Assembly (NCBI GenBank): GCA_963787335.1
Contig: CAWBCU010000029.1
Span: 24,091-64,090, forward strand
Reading direction: 5' to 3'
Length of the DNA stretch: 40,000 nucleotides
From: an uncultured Solirubrobacterales bacterium
Lineage (GTDB): Bacteria; Actinomycetota; Thermoleophilia; Solirubrobacterales; Solirubrobacteraceae
The notes beneath the pieces were generated by a model, which was given only the letters and a program-made list of their open reading frames with translations, searched no databases and was not told the origin of the DNA. Positions 23,766 through 33,156 of the stretch are shown here, piece after piece. The first letter of the stretch is position 1, and each line of letters opens with the position of its first letter. The position numbers and the translations under genes are program-made.

Positions 23766-24319
23766 TCGTCGCCGATCGCGGTGCGCACCCGCGCGAGCAC
23801 GCGGTCCATCGCCGCCCGCTCGCGGGGGCCGGCGGTCTTGTCGACCACGACCTCCAGGCGCGCCAGCTCGGCGCGGATCTCGGCGGCCGGGAGCAGCCCG
23901 GTCCGCGAGGCGAGGATCGAGGCCTCGAGGACCGCGTGCGACGCCCGGTTGAAGCCGATGAACTCGCGGCCGGTCCCGCGGGCCACGACGGTCGTCGTCA
24001 CGCGTGCCCGCGGTCCCGTCGCGTCGATCGCGTCGACCCGGACCTCGCGCCACGAGCACGCGTCGGCGAGCACGGCGCCGTCGACCACCGAAGCGGGCCG
24101 GGTCGGCGGGTGCGGGTCCTCCAATGCGGCCTGCGTGAACAGCAGGATGTCGTCGGTGAGGTTGACGACCGCGGCGCCGCGCGCCTCCAGATTCCGCAGC
24201 GTGCGCGTCGCGCGAAACGGCTTGATGACGATCTGCTCGTCGCCCCACTCCACGCCCATCGCGGCGCAGTTGACGGTGCCGTCCGGGTTGATGGTCGTCG
24301 TGACCGTCTCGACGATCAT
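23762..24319 (-). CDS. DUF447-family (split-barrel-like) protein associated with H4MPT gene islands
   Basis: MIVETVTTTINPDGTVNCAAMGVEWGDEQIVIKPFRATRTLRNL...EFIGFNRASHAVLEASILASR. ATGA overlaps at both ends. Family assignment is from memory of the pattern. Confidence 0.6.
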   Translation of the reverse strand: MIVETVTTTINPDGTVNCAAMGVEWGDEQIVIKPFRATRTLRNLEARGAAVVNLTDDILLFTQAALEDPHPPTRPASVVDGAVLADACSWREVRVDAIDATGPRARVTTTVVARGTGREFIGFNRASHAVLEASILASRTGLLPAAEIRAELARLEVVVDKTAGPRERAAMDRVLARVRTAIGDE

Positions 24320-25266
24320 CCCCGGAAGGACTGCTCGAGCACGTCGAGCCGCACTCCCCCGGAGTGGAAGGAGCGTCCGCTCTCGACGCTCACGAGCCGC
24401 ACCTCGGCCGGGCTGAACAGCATCGGATCGATCGCGTAGAAGTCCCAGTCCGCGGCCTCGAGCAGCTTGCCGAACGGCTCGCCGAAGTCGTCCGAGGCGG
24501 AGGAGGGCAGGCGCTCGACCAGCCCTTCCAGCTCGTCGTCGGGCGCGTTGACGGTGAGCTCGACCTGGCCGCCGTAGAGGACCGCGTCGTTGGTGCGCCC
24601 GATCGCCTCCGGATCGGTCTTCGCGACCGGCGGCAGCGGGCAGGTCCCGAAGCCGCTCACCACGCGGCCGATGTCGAACTCGAGCTCGTGCAGCTTGTGC
24701 AGGGCGGTCTCGACGACGCGGGCGGCGACCTGGACGCCGCCGGCGAGGCTCGCCGTCGGCGCGTAGAGCAGCGTGAGGTCCCCCGGCGCCACGCCGGCGC
24801 GGTCGGCCACGTACGCGGCCAGCTCCTCGGGCGGCTCGTCGCCGGTCTCGAGGGTGAGGACCGCGGTGCTCGAGCGCTCGTCGACGTCGAGGTCGTCGTA
24901 GAGGTCCTCGGCGCGGATCAGCGCGCGGCCCGGCCCGCTGGCCATCGCGAAGTAGCCGTCGCGGTCGATCTTCCAGCCCGCGTACTGGGACGCGAGGCAG
25001 GCGAGCGCGGGATGGTCGGTGACGACGGTGAGCGCCGGCAGCCACGTGCCTTCCAACACGAGCGGCGCGAAGCTGACCGAGCCCAGGCAGCCCATCGTGA
25101 TCTCGGCGAACCGGCGGCCCGCCTCGAGCCCGCCCGGGACGTCGCTGCCGCAGTCGATCACCCGCGTCCCGCCGTCGAGCGTGCGCGCCGCGACGCGCAA
25201 CGCGTCGGCGTCGGCGGCGATCAGGTCCGCGAAGTCGTGGGCGCGCTGGTTCAGGGAGAGGGTCAT
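24316..25266 (-). CDS. mch: Methenyl-tetrahydromethanopterin cyclohydrolase
   Basis: MTLSLNQRAHDFADLIAADADALRV...VIDCG...GGLEAGRRFAEITMGCLG...LACLASQYAGW...FAMASGPGRAL...GRTNDAVLYGG is the Mch pattern. ATG 25266 shares its A with the fhcC stop. Confidence 0.9.
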   Translation of the reverse strand: MTLSLNQRAHDFADLIAADADALRVAARTLDGGTRVIDCGSDVPGGLEAGRRFAEITMGCLGSVSFAPLVLEGTWLPALTVVTDHPALACLASQYAGWKIDRDGYFAMASGPGRALIRAEDLYDDLDVDERSSTAVLTLETGDEPPEELAAYVADRAGVAPGDLTLLYAPTASLAGGVQVAARVVETALHKLHELEFDIGRVVSGFGTCPLPPVAKTDPEAIGRTNDAVLYGGQVELTVNAPDDELEGLVERLPSSASDDFGEPFGKLLEAADWDFYAIDPMLFSPAEVRLVSVESGRSFHSGGVRLDVLEQSFRG

Positions 25267-26074
25267 CAAGGCTCCAGGATCAGGATCTCAGCACGCCTGA
25301 GCTCGGCGCTGTCGCCCGACCAGCGCGTGTAGAGCCCCTCGAGCTGCTCGTCGGTGACGGGCAGGCCGAGCGCGCGCAGCCGGCGCAGGCACAGGCGCAG
25401 GAACGGCGGGCGGTACGCGCAGGCCGGCGCGTAGGTCGGGAGGAGCGTGGGCGCGGTCATGGCGACGATGCTGGCGCGACGCATACCCGCGCCCGGGTGG
25501 GCGCCAACCGTCCCGAAGGCGACGATCGTGCCGGCCAGCGCGTTCAGGCCCGCCGCCGCCCCGACGCGCCCGGCGACCGCGATCAGGCCCCGTCGCAGCC
25601 CGGCGCCCGCCTGCTCGCCGGCGTCGCCGTGGACGAGGATCTCGCCGCCGTCCATCCCGGCGCGCGTCCCCGCGTAGGCGCCGCCGAGGCTGCGGCCGGC
25701 GGAGCCGCGCACGACCAGCCGCCCGCCGTGCATCTCGGCGCCGGCCCAGTCGCCCGCGTCGCCCTCGACCACGAGCTCGCCGCCCGACATCCCCGCCCCG
25801 ACGTGCGGCCCCGCGCTGCCCGCGACCGTCAGGCGCCCGCCCGGTCATGCCCGCTCCCAGCGTCCGCGACGCGCGCCAGGTCACCGACGACACGGACGTC
25901 CTCCTCACCAGCGCCGGAGACGTCGAACAGCTCGCCCACCGTCGCGCGCTGGTTGCCGTACAACACCTCGAGCCCCTCGATCTCGGCCTGGCTCAACCCC
26001 GCGAGCCGGTCGGGGCGAAGCGGAGCGCTCAGCGGCGCCGACGGCGCCTCGCGCAAGGTCAACTCCAGCGTCAC
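25266..26074 (-). CDS. fhcC: Formyltransferase/hydrolase complex subunit C (formylmethanofuran dehydrogenase subunit C homologue); two apparent 1-nt insertions 10 nt apart
   Basis: GTG 26074 (GTGA with the fhcD stop). VTLELTLREAPSAPLSAPLRPDRLAGLSQAEIEGLEVLYGNQRATVGELFDVSG...DLARVADAGSG, then out of frame. Skipping one base in each of CCC 25850-25852 and CCC 25840-25842 gives GSGMTGGRLTVAGSAGPHVGAGMSGGELVVEGDAGDWAGAEMHGGRLVV..., restoring the G-x-x-M-x-G-G-x-L-x-V beta-helix repeat. Span is 809 nt = 3n+2. Confidence 0.8.
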
Positions 26075-26958
26075 GGCACGAGCTCCTTCAGCGGGAAGTG
26101 ATGCTCGCCGAGGCTGCCGCCGTAGTTGCCGGCCGTGATCTTCACCGCGCCCGCGCGCGCCGCCGCGTCGAGCCCGACCCGCATCGCCTCGCGCACCGGC
26201 TCGGGCGCGAGCCCGTCGATCACGATCTCGAACACCGACCCCACGCCCTCCGGGACCTTGCTCTCGTCGACCTGGGCGCGCAGCGTCGGGCACAGCTCGT
26301 GGTTCGTCGACGCCATCTGGCCCGAGTAGCGCGACCCGACCTTGCTGCCGCTGCGCGCGATGCCGCCCGGGAACGGCAGGATCGCGCCCTCCACCGACCG
26401 CATCGCCTCGGCCGCCGCCTCCGCCGCGCCGAGGGCCGTCGCCACGTCCTCGGCCAGGATGATGATGTTGCCGCCGCCGACGCCCTCGACGATCCCGAAG
26501 CGCTCCTCGACCAGGAACTCGCCCTCCATCACCGGGATCCGCCAGTACCGCTTGCCGTCGAGCACCTTGCTCGCCTGCCAGCCGTCGCCGAAGTAGCGCA
26601 GCTTGCCGCCGACGTCGGTGTCGTCCTCGGCCTCGAGGCCGTTGAAGCACGACGTCGTCGGGCAGGTGAGCACGGTCATGCCGATGCGCTCGACGAGCCG
26701 CTTGCCCAGCCCCTCCTCGTCGGGCGCGAACAGCAGCACGGCGACGCCGGGGCGCCCGTCGGGCGTCTCCCCCGCGTCGAGCACGCGCTCGATCCCCGCC
26801 TCGCACTTGCACCCGATCACCGACGTGGCGAAGCCGGTGAGCGAGCGCGCCGCGTGCTCCGCCCAGCCCGGCGTGCCGGCGGTGACGACGATCCGCGCGC
26901 CCCACATCCCGAACGCCTCGGCGAACGTGTCCTCGACCTCGACGCCGTGGAGTTGCAT
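26071..26958 (-). CDS. fhcD: Formylmethanofuran:tetrahydromethanopterin N-formyltransferase (Fhc subunit D)
   Basis: MQLHGVEVEDTFAEAFGMWGARIVVTA...GFATSVIGCKCEAGIE...TCPTTSCFNG...RIPVMEGEFL...GGGNIIILA...ILPFPGGIARSGSKVGS is the Ftr pattern. It is the last 295 aa of run-on ORF 26071..28698. Confidence 0.9.
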   Translation of the reverse strand: MQLHGVEVEDTFAEAFGMWGARIVVTAGTPGWAEHAARSLTGFATSVIGCKCEAGIERVLDAGETPDGRPGVAVLLFAPDEEGLGKRLVERIGMTVLTCPTTSCFNGLEAEDDTDVGGKLRYFGDGWQASKVLDGKRYWRIPVMEGEFLVEERFGIVEGVGGGNIIILAEDVATALGAAEAAAEAMRSVEGAILPFPGGIARSGSKVGSRYSGQMASTNHELCPTLRAQVDESKVPEGVGSVFEIVIDGLAPEPVREAMRVGLDAAARAGAVKITAGNYGGSLGEHHFPLKELVP

Positions 26959-28592
26959 CACGACGACCCCGCCGCGACCCGCCGCGCCGGCTCGAGCAGC
27001 CACGGCTCGGTCACGGGATAGCTGTCGAACTGCACGGTGTAGCGCTCCTCGAAGCGGTCGCGCAGGACGTCCTCGATCGCGGGATCGTGCTCCGTCCCGA
27101 CGCGGTGCAGCTCGCCCGCCAGCGCGTCGACGATCTCCCCGTCGCGCACCACCACGCGGCCGCCCTTGATCACGTAGCGCGGCGCGGCGAACATCTCCTC
27201 GCGGTCGGCGCGGTCGTCGTAGAGCGTCACGTCCGCGTCGGCGCCGACCCCGAGCTGGCCCTTGTCGCGCAGCCCCAGCAGCCGCGCCGGCCCGGCGCGC
27301 GTGATGATCGCGATCTCCTCGAGCGAGTACTCGCGGTCGAGGTCGTCGAGCAGCACCGTGCTCTGGATCGCCTTCTTGTTCGCCTTGCGCAGCTGCTCGT
27401 TGCGGAACTCGCGGTCCATCAGCAGGCGGATCAGCCGCGGGTAGCTGAGGAACGAGCCGCCGTTCGGGTGATCGGTCGAGAGCACCAGCCGCCACGGGTC
27501 GCGGCTGAGCAGGAACAGCTCCAGCCCGATCCCCCACTGCAGCGCGTGGACGTAGTTCTTCTCGCGGTAGGTGAACGGGACGATGCCGCAGCCGGTCTCG
27601 ACCTCGGTGTCGGCGTTCACCCACTTGCCGCCGGTGATGTCCCGCAGCCGCTCGGACACGGGCGCGTCGGCGGTCATCGTCATGGCGTCGCCGAACATCA
27701 CCTGCCCGACGTCGGCGCTGAACTCGGGATGCTCGCCCAGGTACTCGGCCAGCTGCGGCGCGCGCGAGCGCAGCTTCCCGCCGGGCTTGCCGCCGTACGC
27801 GTGGAACTGGAGGTGCGCGAGGTGCGCGCGCCGGCCCTCCATGGTGTCCAGCGTGTCCATCGTGGTCTTCCAGTTGCCGCCGACGCCGAGGTTGTTGCAG
27901 TGCACGTGCACCGGGTGCGGGAGCTCGAGGTCGTGCACCGCGCCGGCGATCGTCGCGAGCACCTCCCTCGGCGTGACGCCGGCGACCACGTCGTCGAGCG
28001 AGCTGACGTTGCCGTCGCCGCGCTTCCAGCGCTCGACCCCGCCCGGGTTGACGAGCTTGACCCCGTAGCCGCCCGTCGCCTCCAGCCACCACGCGACCGC
28101 GTCGCGCACCCGCGCCGGGTCGCTGCGGATCAGGTCGAACAGCGCCTGGTTGTTGCCGAGGAGCACGAGGAAGAGCGAGTCGATCATGGGCGTGTCGCGC
28201 AGCTCGGAGAGGACGTGGCGCGCGGCCAGCGGCGGCGTCGCCGCCTCGACCACCGTGGTGTAGCCGAGCAGCGCGTAGCGGTAGCCGGTCACGAACGTCG
28301 ACGGCACGATGCCGCCGCTGCCCGAGCGCAGGATCTCGGACCGCTCGACCGGATCCCCGCGGTGCTCCTCGGGGGTCAGGCGGCGGGCGGCGTTGACCTT
28401 CGGGCCGGCGATGTGCGCGTGGATGTCGACCCCGCCCGGCATCACGACCATGCCGCGCGCGTCGATCCGCGGCGCGTCCTCCGGCAGGTCCTCGACCACC
28501 TTGCCGTCCTTCAGGCAGACGTCGCGCACGTCGCCGGCGACCCCGTTGGCCGGGTCGTAGACGCGCCCGCCGGCGACGCGGAGCTGGGTCAC
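26958..28592 (-). CDS. fhcA: Fhc subunit A (formylmethanofuran dehydrogenase subunit A homologue, amidohydrolase fold)
   Basis: Intact 544-aa ORF. MTQLRVAGGRVYDPANG...MVVMPGGVDIHAHIAGPKVN...HVHCNNLG...STDHPNGG... are amidohydrolase metal-site motifs. Confidence 0.9.
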   Translation of the reverse strand: MTQLRVAGGRVYDPANGVAGDVRDVCLKDGKVVEDLPEDAPRIDARGMVVMPGGVDIHAHIAGPKVNAARRLTPEEHRGDPVERSEILRSGSGGIVPSTFVTGYRYALLGYTTVVEAATPPLAARHVLSELRDTPMIDSLFLVLLGNNQALFDLIRSDPARVRDAVAWWLEATGGYGVKLVNPGGVERWKRGDGNVSSLDDVVAGVTPREVLATIAGAVHDLELPHPVHVHCNNLGVGGNWKTTMDTLDTMEGRRAHLAHLQFHAYGGKPGGKLRSRAPQLAEYLGEHPEFSADVGQVMFGDAMTMTADAPVSERLRDITGGKWVNADTEVETGCGIVPFTYREKNYVHALQWGIGLELFLLSRDPWRLVLSTDHPNGGSFLSYPRLIRLLMDREFRNEQLRKANKKAIQSTVLLDDLDREYSLEEIAIITRAGPARLLGLRDKGQLGVGADADVTLYDDRADREEMFAAPRYVIKGGRVVVRDGEIVDALAGELHRVGTEHDPAIEDVLRDRFEERYTVQFDSYPVTEPWLLEPARRVAAGSS

Positions 28593-29803
28593 GCGAGCCG
28601 CCCCGCGATCGCCTGGAGCACGTCCTCGTCGCTCGGGCGCGAGGACTCGAGCAGCGCGCGCAGCGGGACCGGCACGCCGTCGAGCCGGTGCACGACACCG
28701 GGGTGGTGCACGCCGGCGGCGGCGGTCGTGAACGCGACGCGCGCCGCGTCGGCGGTCGCCGTGCCGTGGACGTCGACCGACACGAAGGGGATCGCGCGCA
28801 GGTGGTCGGCGGCCCGCTGCGGCAGATGCCCGAGCGGGTCGGAGCCGACGACGAGCGCCGCGTCGGCGTCGCCGCGCCCGAGCACGGCCGCCGCGCTCAG
28901 CTCGCCCGGGTTCGAGCGCGGGGACCCGCTCGCGAAGCTCACGGCCGACGGGTACCCGGTCTGCCAGGCGAGCACGTCCTCGGCGCCGGCGGCGTTGGCT
29001 TCATGGCGGAGCGTCACGGAGACGGCGTGCGTGACCTGGCAGAGGTCGCGGACGAGCGCGTTGAGCCCCAGCGCCTCGACCTGCCCGCCGACGTGGTGCA
29101 GGATCGCGGCGGAGCGGGAGCCGCGCAGCCGGGCGGCGAGGTCGTCGAGCGGCGCGTCGGACGCGACGGGCGCCTCGCGGATGAGCGCGCGCAGCGTCCA
29201 CAGCGCGTCGACGTCGCGGTCGGCCGGCAGCTCGATGAACGTGCCGGCCTGCGCCGCGGTCGCCGTCCGCCGCTCGTCGACCACGATGAAGTCGCGGAGC
29301 CGCAGGCGCTCCAGCAGCCGCGGGTGCGTCGTGACCGGGTCGGCGCGCCAGATCACGACGACGTCGGCGCGGTCGCGCACGTCGCCGAGCGTGGCCGTGC
29401 TCGCTCCCCGGGCCTGGAAGGCGAGCCCGGACGCGCCGTCGAGCAGCGGGCCGGCGGAGTCGATCACCGCGCCGAGCCTCTCGGCGAGCGCCACCGCGAC
29501 GCGCTGCGCCTCGCAGGTCGTCTGGCCCAGCCCGTAGACGAGCGGCACGCGCGCGCCGCCCAGGATCGCCGCCGCCTCGTCGAGCGCGCGGTCCAGCTCG
29601 GCCTCCTCGCCGTCGACGCGGGCGAGCGGCGGCACGTCACCGACGCGCTCGCCGAACCACGCGTCGCCGAGCGGGCACGTGCGCTCCAGGCGCTCGATCC
29701 CGCCGTCGCCGACGACCGCGGTGATGTCGTCGCACACCAGGCCACAGCCTGCGCAGGTCGCGGATCGCTCAGGCACCGACGCCCACTTCGTGCAGCTCGG
29801 CAC
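28589..29803 (-). CDS. fhcB: Fhc subunit B (formylmethanofuran dehydrogenase subunit B homologue)
   Basis: ...TCAGCGLVCDDI...PLVYGLGQTTCEAQRVAVALAERLGAVID... is the FwdB/FhcB pattern. The start is ambiguous: 29803 as in the ORF track, or GTG 29776, which overlaps the upstream stop by 8 nt. Confidence 0.85.
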   Translation of the reverse strand: MPSCTKWASVPERSATCAGCGLVCDDITAVVGDGGIERLERTCPLGDAWFGERVGDVPPLARVDGEEAELDRALDEAAAILGGARVPLVYGLGQTTCEAQRVAVALAERLGAVIDSAGPLLDGASGLAFQARGASTATLGDVRDRADVVVIWRADPVTTHPRLLERLRLRDFIVVDERRTATAAQAGTFIELPADRDVDALWTLRALIREAPVASDAPLDDLAARLRGSRSAAILHHVGGQVEALGLNALVRDLCQVTHAVSVTLRHEANAAGAEDVLAWQTGYPSAVSFASGSPRSNPGELSAAAVLGRGDADAALVVGSDPLGHLPQRAADHLRAIPFVSVDVHGTATADAARVAFTTAAAGVHHPGVVHRLDGVPVPLRALLESSRPSDEDVLQAIAGRLA

Positions 29804-30902
29804 GCAGCGCAGCGGCGCGCGCCTCCAGCTCGGCCAGCACGGCCTCCGGGGAAGGGCCCGTCGCGACGAGCGTGCAGATCGGGCGCCCGGATGCGATCGC
29901 CTCGCCGGGGTGGGGCACGTCGCGGATCCCGCGCGCGGTCCACTCGCTCGTATCCGGCACCCGCAGGTCCTCGGTCGCGAACAGCACCGCCTTGCCGGCC
30001 GCCCCGGACGGGCCGCCCGCGGCCGCCGGCAGGCGTCCCGCGCAGCCCTCCAGATGGGCCGCGAACGAGCGGACGCCGTGCGCGGCGTCGATCGTCTCGA
30101 GCGACGCGACCGGGCGCGGGTTGACCTCCACCACCCACGGCCGCTCCCCGTCCCAGACCAGGTCGACCCCGAACACGCCGCGCAGGCCGAACGCGCCGGC
30201 CAGGTGGGCGCAGATCGCCGCCGCAGCCTCCGCCAGCGCGTCCTGCTCGCGCTCCGGCAGCCGCGGCGGCACGACGTTCCCGCACCACCGCCAGCCGCGG
30301 GCGCCGAGCGCGCGGCGGCCGATCAGCTGCTCGCTCACGCCGAGCAGGACCGCGGTGCGGCCGTCGGCGACCGCCGCCGCCGAGCAGGGGAGCCCGGCGA
30401 TGCGCTCCTGCACGATCACGTCGCCGCGCGGCCGCCCGCCGCGCCACTCGCGCACCCCGCGGCCGCCGCCGCCGCGGACCGGCTTGCGCAGCCAGCGGCG
30501 CGCACGATCCGCCCGCTCCGGCGCCTCCTCCGCAGACAGCGTGCGCGGATAGGCGAAGCCCGCCGCGCGCAGGGACGCGCCGAGCACCGCCGGATCGCGC
30601 ACGCGCCGCAGCGTCTCCGGGCTGCAGCCGAGCAGCGTGCGCCCCGCGGCCAGCCGGCCGACGAGGTCGGGGCGGTTCTCGAGCCCCGCGCCGTAGATGA
30701 CGCTGTCGGCCCGGATCGGTTCCGCTACCTCGACCATCTCCTCCATCCCCCCGTGCCCGCCGAGGTCGCGCATGAGCGACACGCTCGGGCACAGCCGCTG
30801 CAGGTCGAGGTCCCCGAAGCGGTCCACCGCGCAAACGTCATATCCCTCGCGCGTCGCGAGCTCGGCCAGCATGCGCGCGCTGACCGAGACGAGCAGGATC
30901 AC
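29769..30902 (-). CDS. ATP-grasp domain protein of the H4MPT/methanofuran island (MfnD-like candidate ligase)
   Basis: VILLVSVSARMLAELATREGYDVCAVDRFGD...RWLRKPVRGGGGRGV...VIVQERIAG...GVFGVDLVWDGERPWVVEVNPRP is an ATP-grasp core. GTGA overlap with the upstream gene. Confidence 0.7.
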   Translation of the reverse strand: MILLVSVSARMLAELATREGYDVCAVDRFGDLDLQRLCPSVSLMRDLGGHGGMEEMVEVAEPIRADSVIYGAGLENRPDLVGRLAAGRTLLGCSPETLRRVRDPAVLGASLRAAGFAYPRTLSAEEAPERADRARRWLRKPVRGGGGRGVREWRGGRPRGDVIVQERIAGLPCSAAAVADGRTAVLLGVSEQLIGRRALGARGWRWCGNVVPPRLPEREQDALAEAAAAICAHLAGAFGLRGVFGVDLVWDGERPWVVEVNPRPVASLETIDAAHGVRSFAAHLEGCAGRLPAAAGGPSGAAGKAVLFATEDLRVPDTSEWTARGIRDVPHPGEAIASGRPICTLVATGPSPEAVLAELEARAAALRAELHEVGVGA

Positions 30903-31738
30903 AGGCGCCCGTCCAGCAGCGCGACGAACAGGACCGCCGTCACGAGGTCCGCGGTCGTGCCGGGGTTGAGCGCGTTGCCGTCAACCCGCAGCGAGGCGTC
31001 GAACGCCTCGACTGACGTCTCCCCCGCGAGGACCGCGGCCGCGCCGGCGGAGACCTGCTCGGCCGCAGCGCGCCCCCGCTTGCGCGCGATCAGCGTGTCC
31101 GGGACCGCGGCGAGCAGGCCCAGGAAGAGCTCGACCGTCGCGGGGCGCGGGCGGAGCCCGGCGTCGAGCGCACGCGTCAGCGCCGGGAGCCCGACGTCGA
31201 AGGTCAGGGCGAAGCCCGTCGCGTACTCCGAGGCGACCGAATCGCGTTCGGCTGCCGCCGCCATCGCGTCGCGCAGGGCGATCGCCGGCTCGTCGCGAAC
31301 ATCGTGCTCGACGGGCTCGTCGAGGCCGCCCGCCCCCGCCGTGCGGATCGCCTCGTACGCGGCGCGCGCGTCGTCCAGCGTCAGCGCGCCCAGCACCTCG
31401 TCGGCGCGCTCGCGCAGCGGCCCGCCGAGCAGCGCGGCGCGCGCGAGCGGCGCCAGCAGCAGCGCGATGCCGAGGTTGGTGTTGGCGCCGGCGACGCGCT
31501 GCGTCGCGCGCACCGCGGCGAGCACGGTCTCGCCGACGCCGCGCTCGGCCGCGCGTCCCATCTCCGGCCCCAGCGCGATCGCGCTGCGCAGCATGTCCTC
31601 GTAGGAGGTGTCCGCGAAATCGTGGCTCGGCGTGATGTTGCCCGGCTTCTCGGCGCTCACCTCGAGCACGCACGCGAGCTGTGCGGCACCGGCGACCACC
31701 CCCAGGCCCCGAGCCTCCTTGACCTCCATTCGCGGCAT
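30899..31738 (-). CDS. Triphosphoribosyl-dephospho-CoA synthase (CitG/MdcB)-family protein
   Basis: ...ACVLEVSAEKPGNITPSHDFADTSYEDMLRSA...GANTNLGIALLLAPLA...NPGTTADLVTAVLFVALL is the CitG-family pattern. First ATG at 31738 (MPRMEVKE...), alternative at 31729; the ORF track start 31771 is non-ATG. Confidence 0.75.
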   Translation of the reverse strand: MPRMEVKEARGLGVVAGAAQLACVLEVSAEKPGNITPSHDFADTSYEDMLRSAIALGPEMGRAAERGVGETVLAAVRATQRVAGANTNLGIALLLAPLARAALLGGPLRERADEVLGALTLDDARAAYEAIRTAGAGGLDEPVEHDVRDEPAIALRDAMAAAAERDSVASEYATGFALTFDVGLPALTRALDAGLRPRPATVELFLGLLAAVPDTLIARKRGRAAAEQVSAGAAAVLAGETSVEAFDASLRVDGNALNPGTTADLVTAVLFVALLDGRL

Positions 31739-31827
31739 CGTATAGCTTGCCGCCGGGCAAGAGACCGGCACGAGGGCTGCCGAGAGTTGGTGCGGCGCCC
31801 GGTCGAATCGACGGAGGAGAGGCGCGT

Positions 31828-32343
31828 ATGGCAGGTCCTTTTTCAGTGGGCGAGTCCCTGGTCGGCGATGGCAATGAGGTCGCTCACATCGACCTTCTGA
31901 TCGGGTCGAAGGGCGGGCCGGTCGGTGAGGCGTTCGCGTCCTCCCTGACCAATCAGCGGGCGGGGCACACGAACCTCCTCGCGGTCGTCGCGCCGAACCT
32001 TCCGGCGAAGCCCGACACGATCATGTCCAACAAGGTCACGCTCAAGGGCGAGGCGCAGGTCGGCCAGATGTTCGGGCCGGCGCAGGCGGCCGTCGCGCGC
32101 GCCGTCGTCGACTCCGTCCGCGAGGGCGTCATCCCGGAGGCCGACGTCGAGGACCTCTGCATCGTCGTCGGCGTGTTCATCCACTGGGAGGCCGCCGACG
32201 ACAAGGCGATCTTCGACAACAACTACACGGCCACCAAGGAGTCGATCGCCCGCGCGCTCGGCAACCAGCCCAGCCTGCAGGACATCCTCGACGGCGAGGC
32301 CGAGGCCCGGCACCCGTTCGCCGGGGGAACCGACGAGGGCTAG
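31828..32343 (+). CDS. fae: Formaldehyde-activating enzyme
   Basis: MAGPFSVGESLVGDGNEVAHIDLLIGSKGGPVGEAFA...LLAVVAPNLPAKPDTIMSNKVT...MFGPAQAAVARAV...VGVFIHWEAADD is near-canonical Fae. SD GGAGGAGAGG precedes ATG 31828. Confidence 0.95.
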   Translation: MAGPFSVGESLVGDGNEVAHIDLLIGSKGGPVGEAFASSLTNQRAGHTNLLAVVAPNLPAKPDTIMSNKVTLKGEAQVGQMFGPAQAAVARAVVDSVREGVIPEADVEDLCIVVGVFIHWEAADDKAIFDNNYTATKESIARALGNQPSLQDILDGEAEARHPFAGGTDEG

Positions 32344-32402
32344 TCACGCCTGACCCGACGCCGCAGCCGTGCGAGCCCCGTCTCCCCGGGGCCCGCACGG
32401 TC

Positions 32403-33131
32403 GTGACGGGCGCGAGCAGCGGCATCGGGGCGGGGATCGCCGAGGCGTTCGCCGCCGCCGGCGCGACCGTGCTCCTGACGTACCGCCGCAGTGAGGCGGC
32501 GGCGGTCGCGGTCGCCGACGGCATCACCGCACGCGGCGGCAGCGCGCTCGTCGCGCGTGCCGACCTCGGGACCCGCGCGGGCTGCGAGGCGCTCGTCGCG
32601 GAGGCGAACGAGCGGCTGGGCGGCCTCGACGTGTGGGTCAACAACGCCGGTGCCGACGTGCTCACCGGCGACGAGGCCGACTGGGACTGGGAGCGCAAGC
32701 TGGACCTGCTGCTCGCCGTCGACCTCAAGGGCACCATCGCCTGCTCCTACGCAGCCGGCGCCGTCATGCGTGAGCAATCCGCCGGCGGCGCGATCGTGAA
32801 CATGAGCTGGGACCACGTCACCAGCGGCATGGCGGGCGACAACCCCGAGATCTTCAGCGCGGTCAAGGGCGGCGTGCTCGCGTTCAGCAAGAGCCTGGCG
32901 CGGGCGCTCGCGCCGTCCGTGCGGGTCAACGTGGTCAGCCCGGGCTGGATCGAGACCGCCTTCGCGCAGGACGCCGACACGGAGTTCCGCGACGCCGTCG
33001 CCGACTCGACCCCGCTGGGCCGCTGGGGCACGCCGGCCGACGTCGCCGCCGCGGCGCTCTATCTCGCCTCGCCGGGGGCCGCGTTCATCACCGGCCAGGC
33101 GATCAACATCAACGGCGGCCTTGTGATGTAG
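32403..33131 (+). CDS. Short-chain dehydrogenase/reductase (SDR); the true start is probably upstream (GTG 32369) across a homopolymer indel
   Basis: TGASSGIGAGIA (TGxxxGIG), NNAG, S...Y/K region, and a PGWIETAF...LGRWGTPADVAAAALYLASP...ITGQAININGG tail. The ORF as given begins exactly at the TG of the cofactor loop, so beta-strand 1 (ARTVV) is encoded upstream without a start codon. Confidence 0.8.
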   Translation: MTGASSGIGAGIAEAFAAAGATVLLTYRRSEAAAVAVADGITARGGSALVARADLGTRAGCEALVAEANERLGGLDVWVNNAGADVLTGDEADWDWERKLDLLLAVDLKGTIACSYAAGAVMREQSAGGAIVNMSWDHVTSGMAGDNPEIFSAVKGGVLAFSKSLARALAPSVRVNVVSPGWIETAFAQDADTEFRDAVADSTPLGRWGTPADVAAAALYLASPGAAFITGQAININGGLVM

Positions 33132-33156
33132 TCAAGCGTCAAGGAGGCGATCGCCC

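Noticed and set aside
26071-28698. 875-aa minus-strand ORF
   Set aside because: Only the last 295 aa (FhcD, from ATG 26958) are genuine. The upstream part is an alternative frame of fhcA, whose own intact 544-aa frame (26958-28592) carries the amidohydrolase motifs.
31739-31827. Shared operator motif in the fae / CitG-like divergent region: GTGCCG on the minus strand at 31766-31771, GGTGCGG at 31788-31794, and hairpin cttgcc-gccg-ggcaag at 31746-31761
   Set aside because: These are 6-7-mers of pure GC-rich composition, expected by chance every kilobase or so. They show no 21-bp phasing here. They are worth including in a formal motif search but are not reportable on their own.
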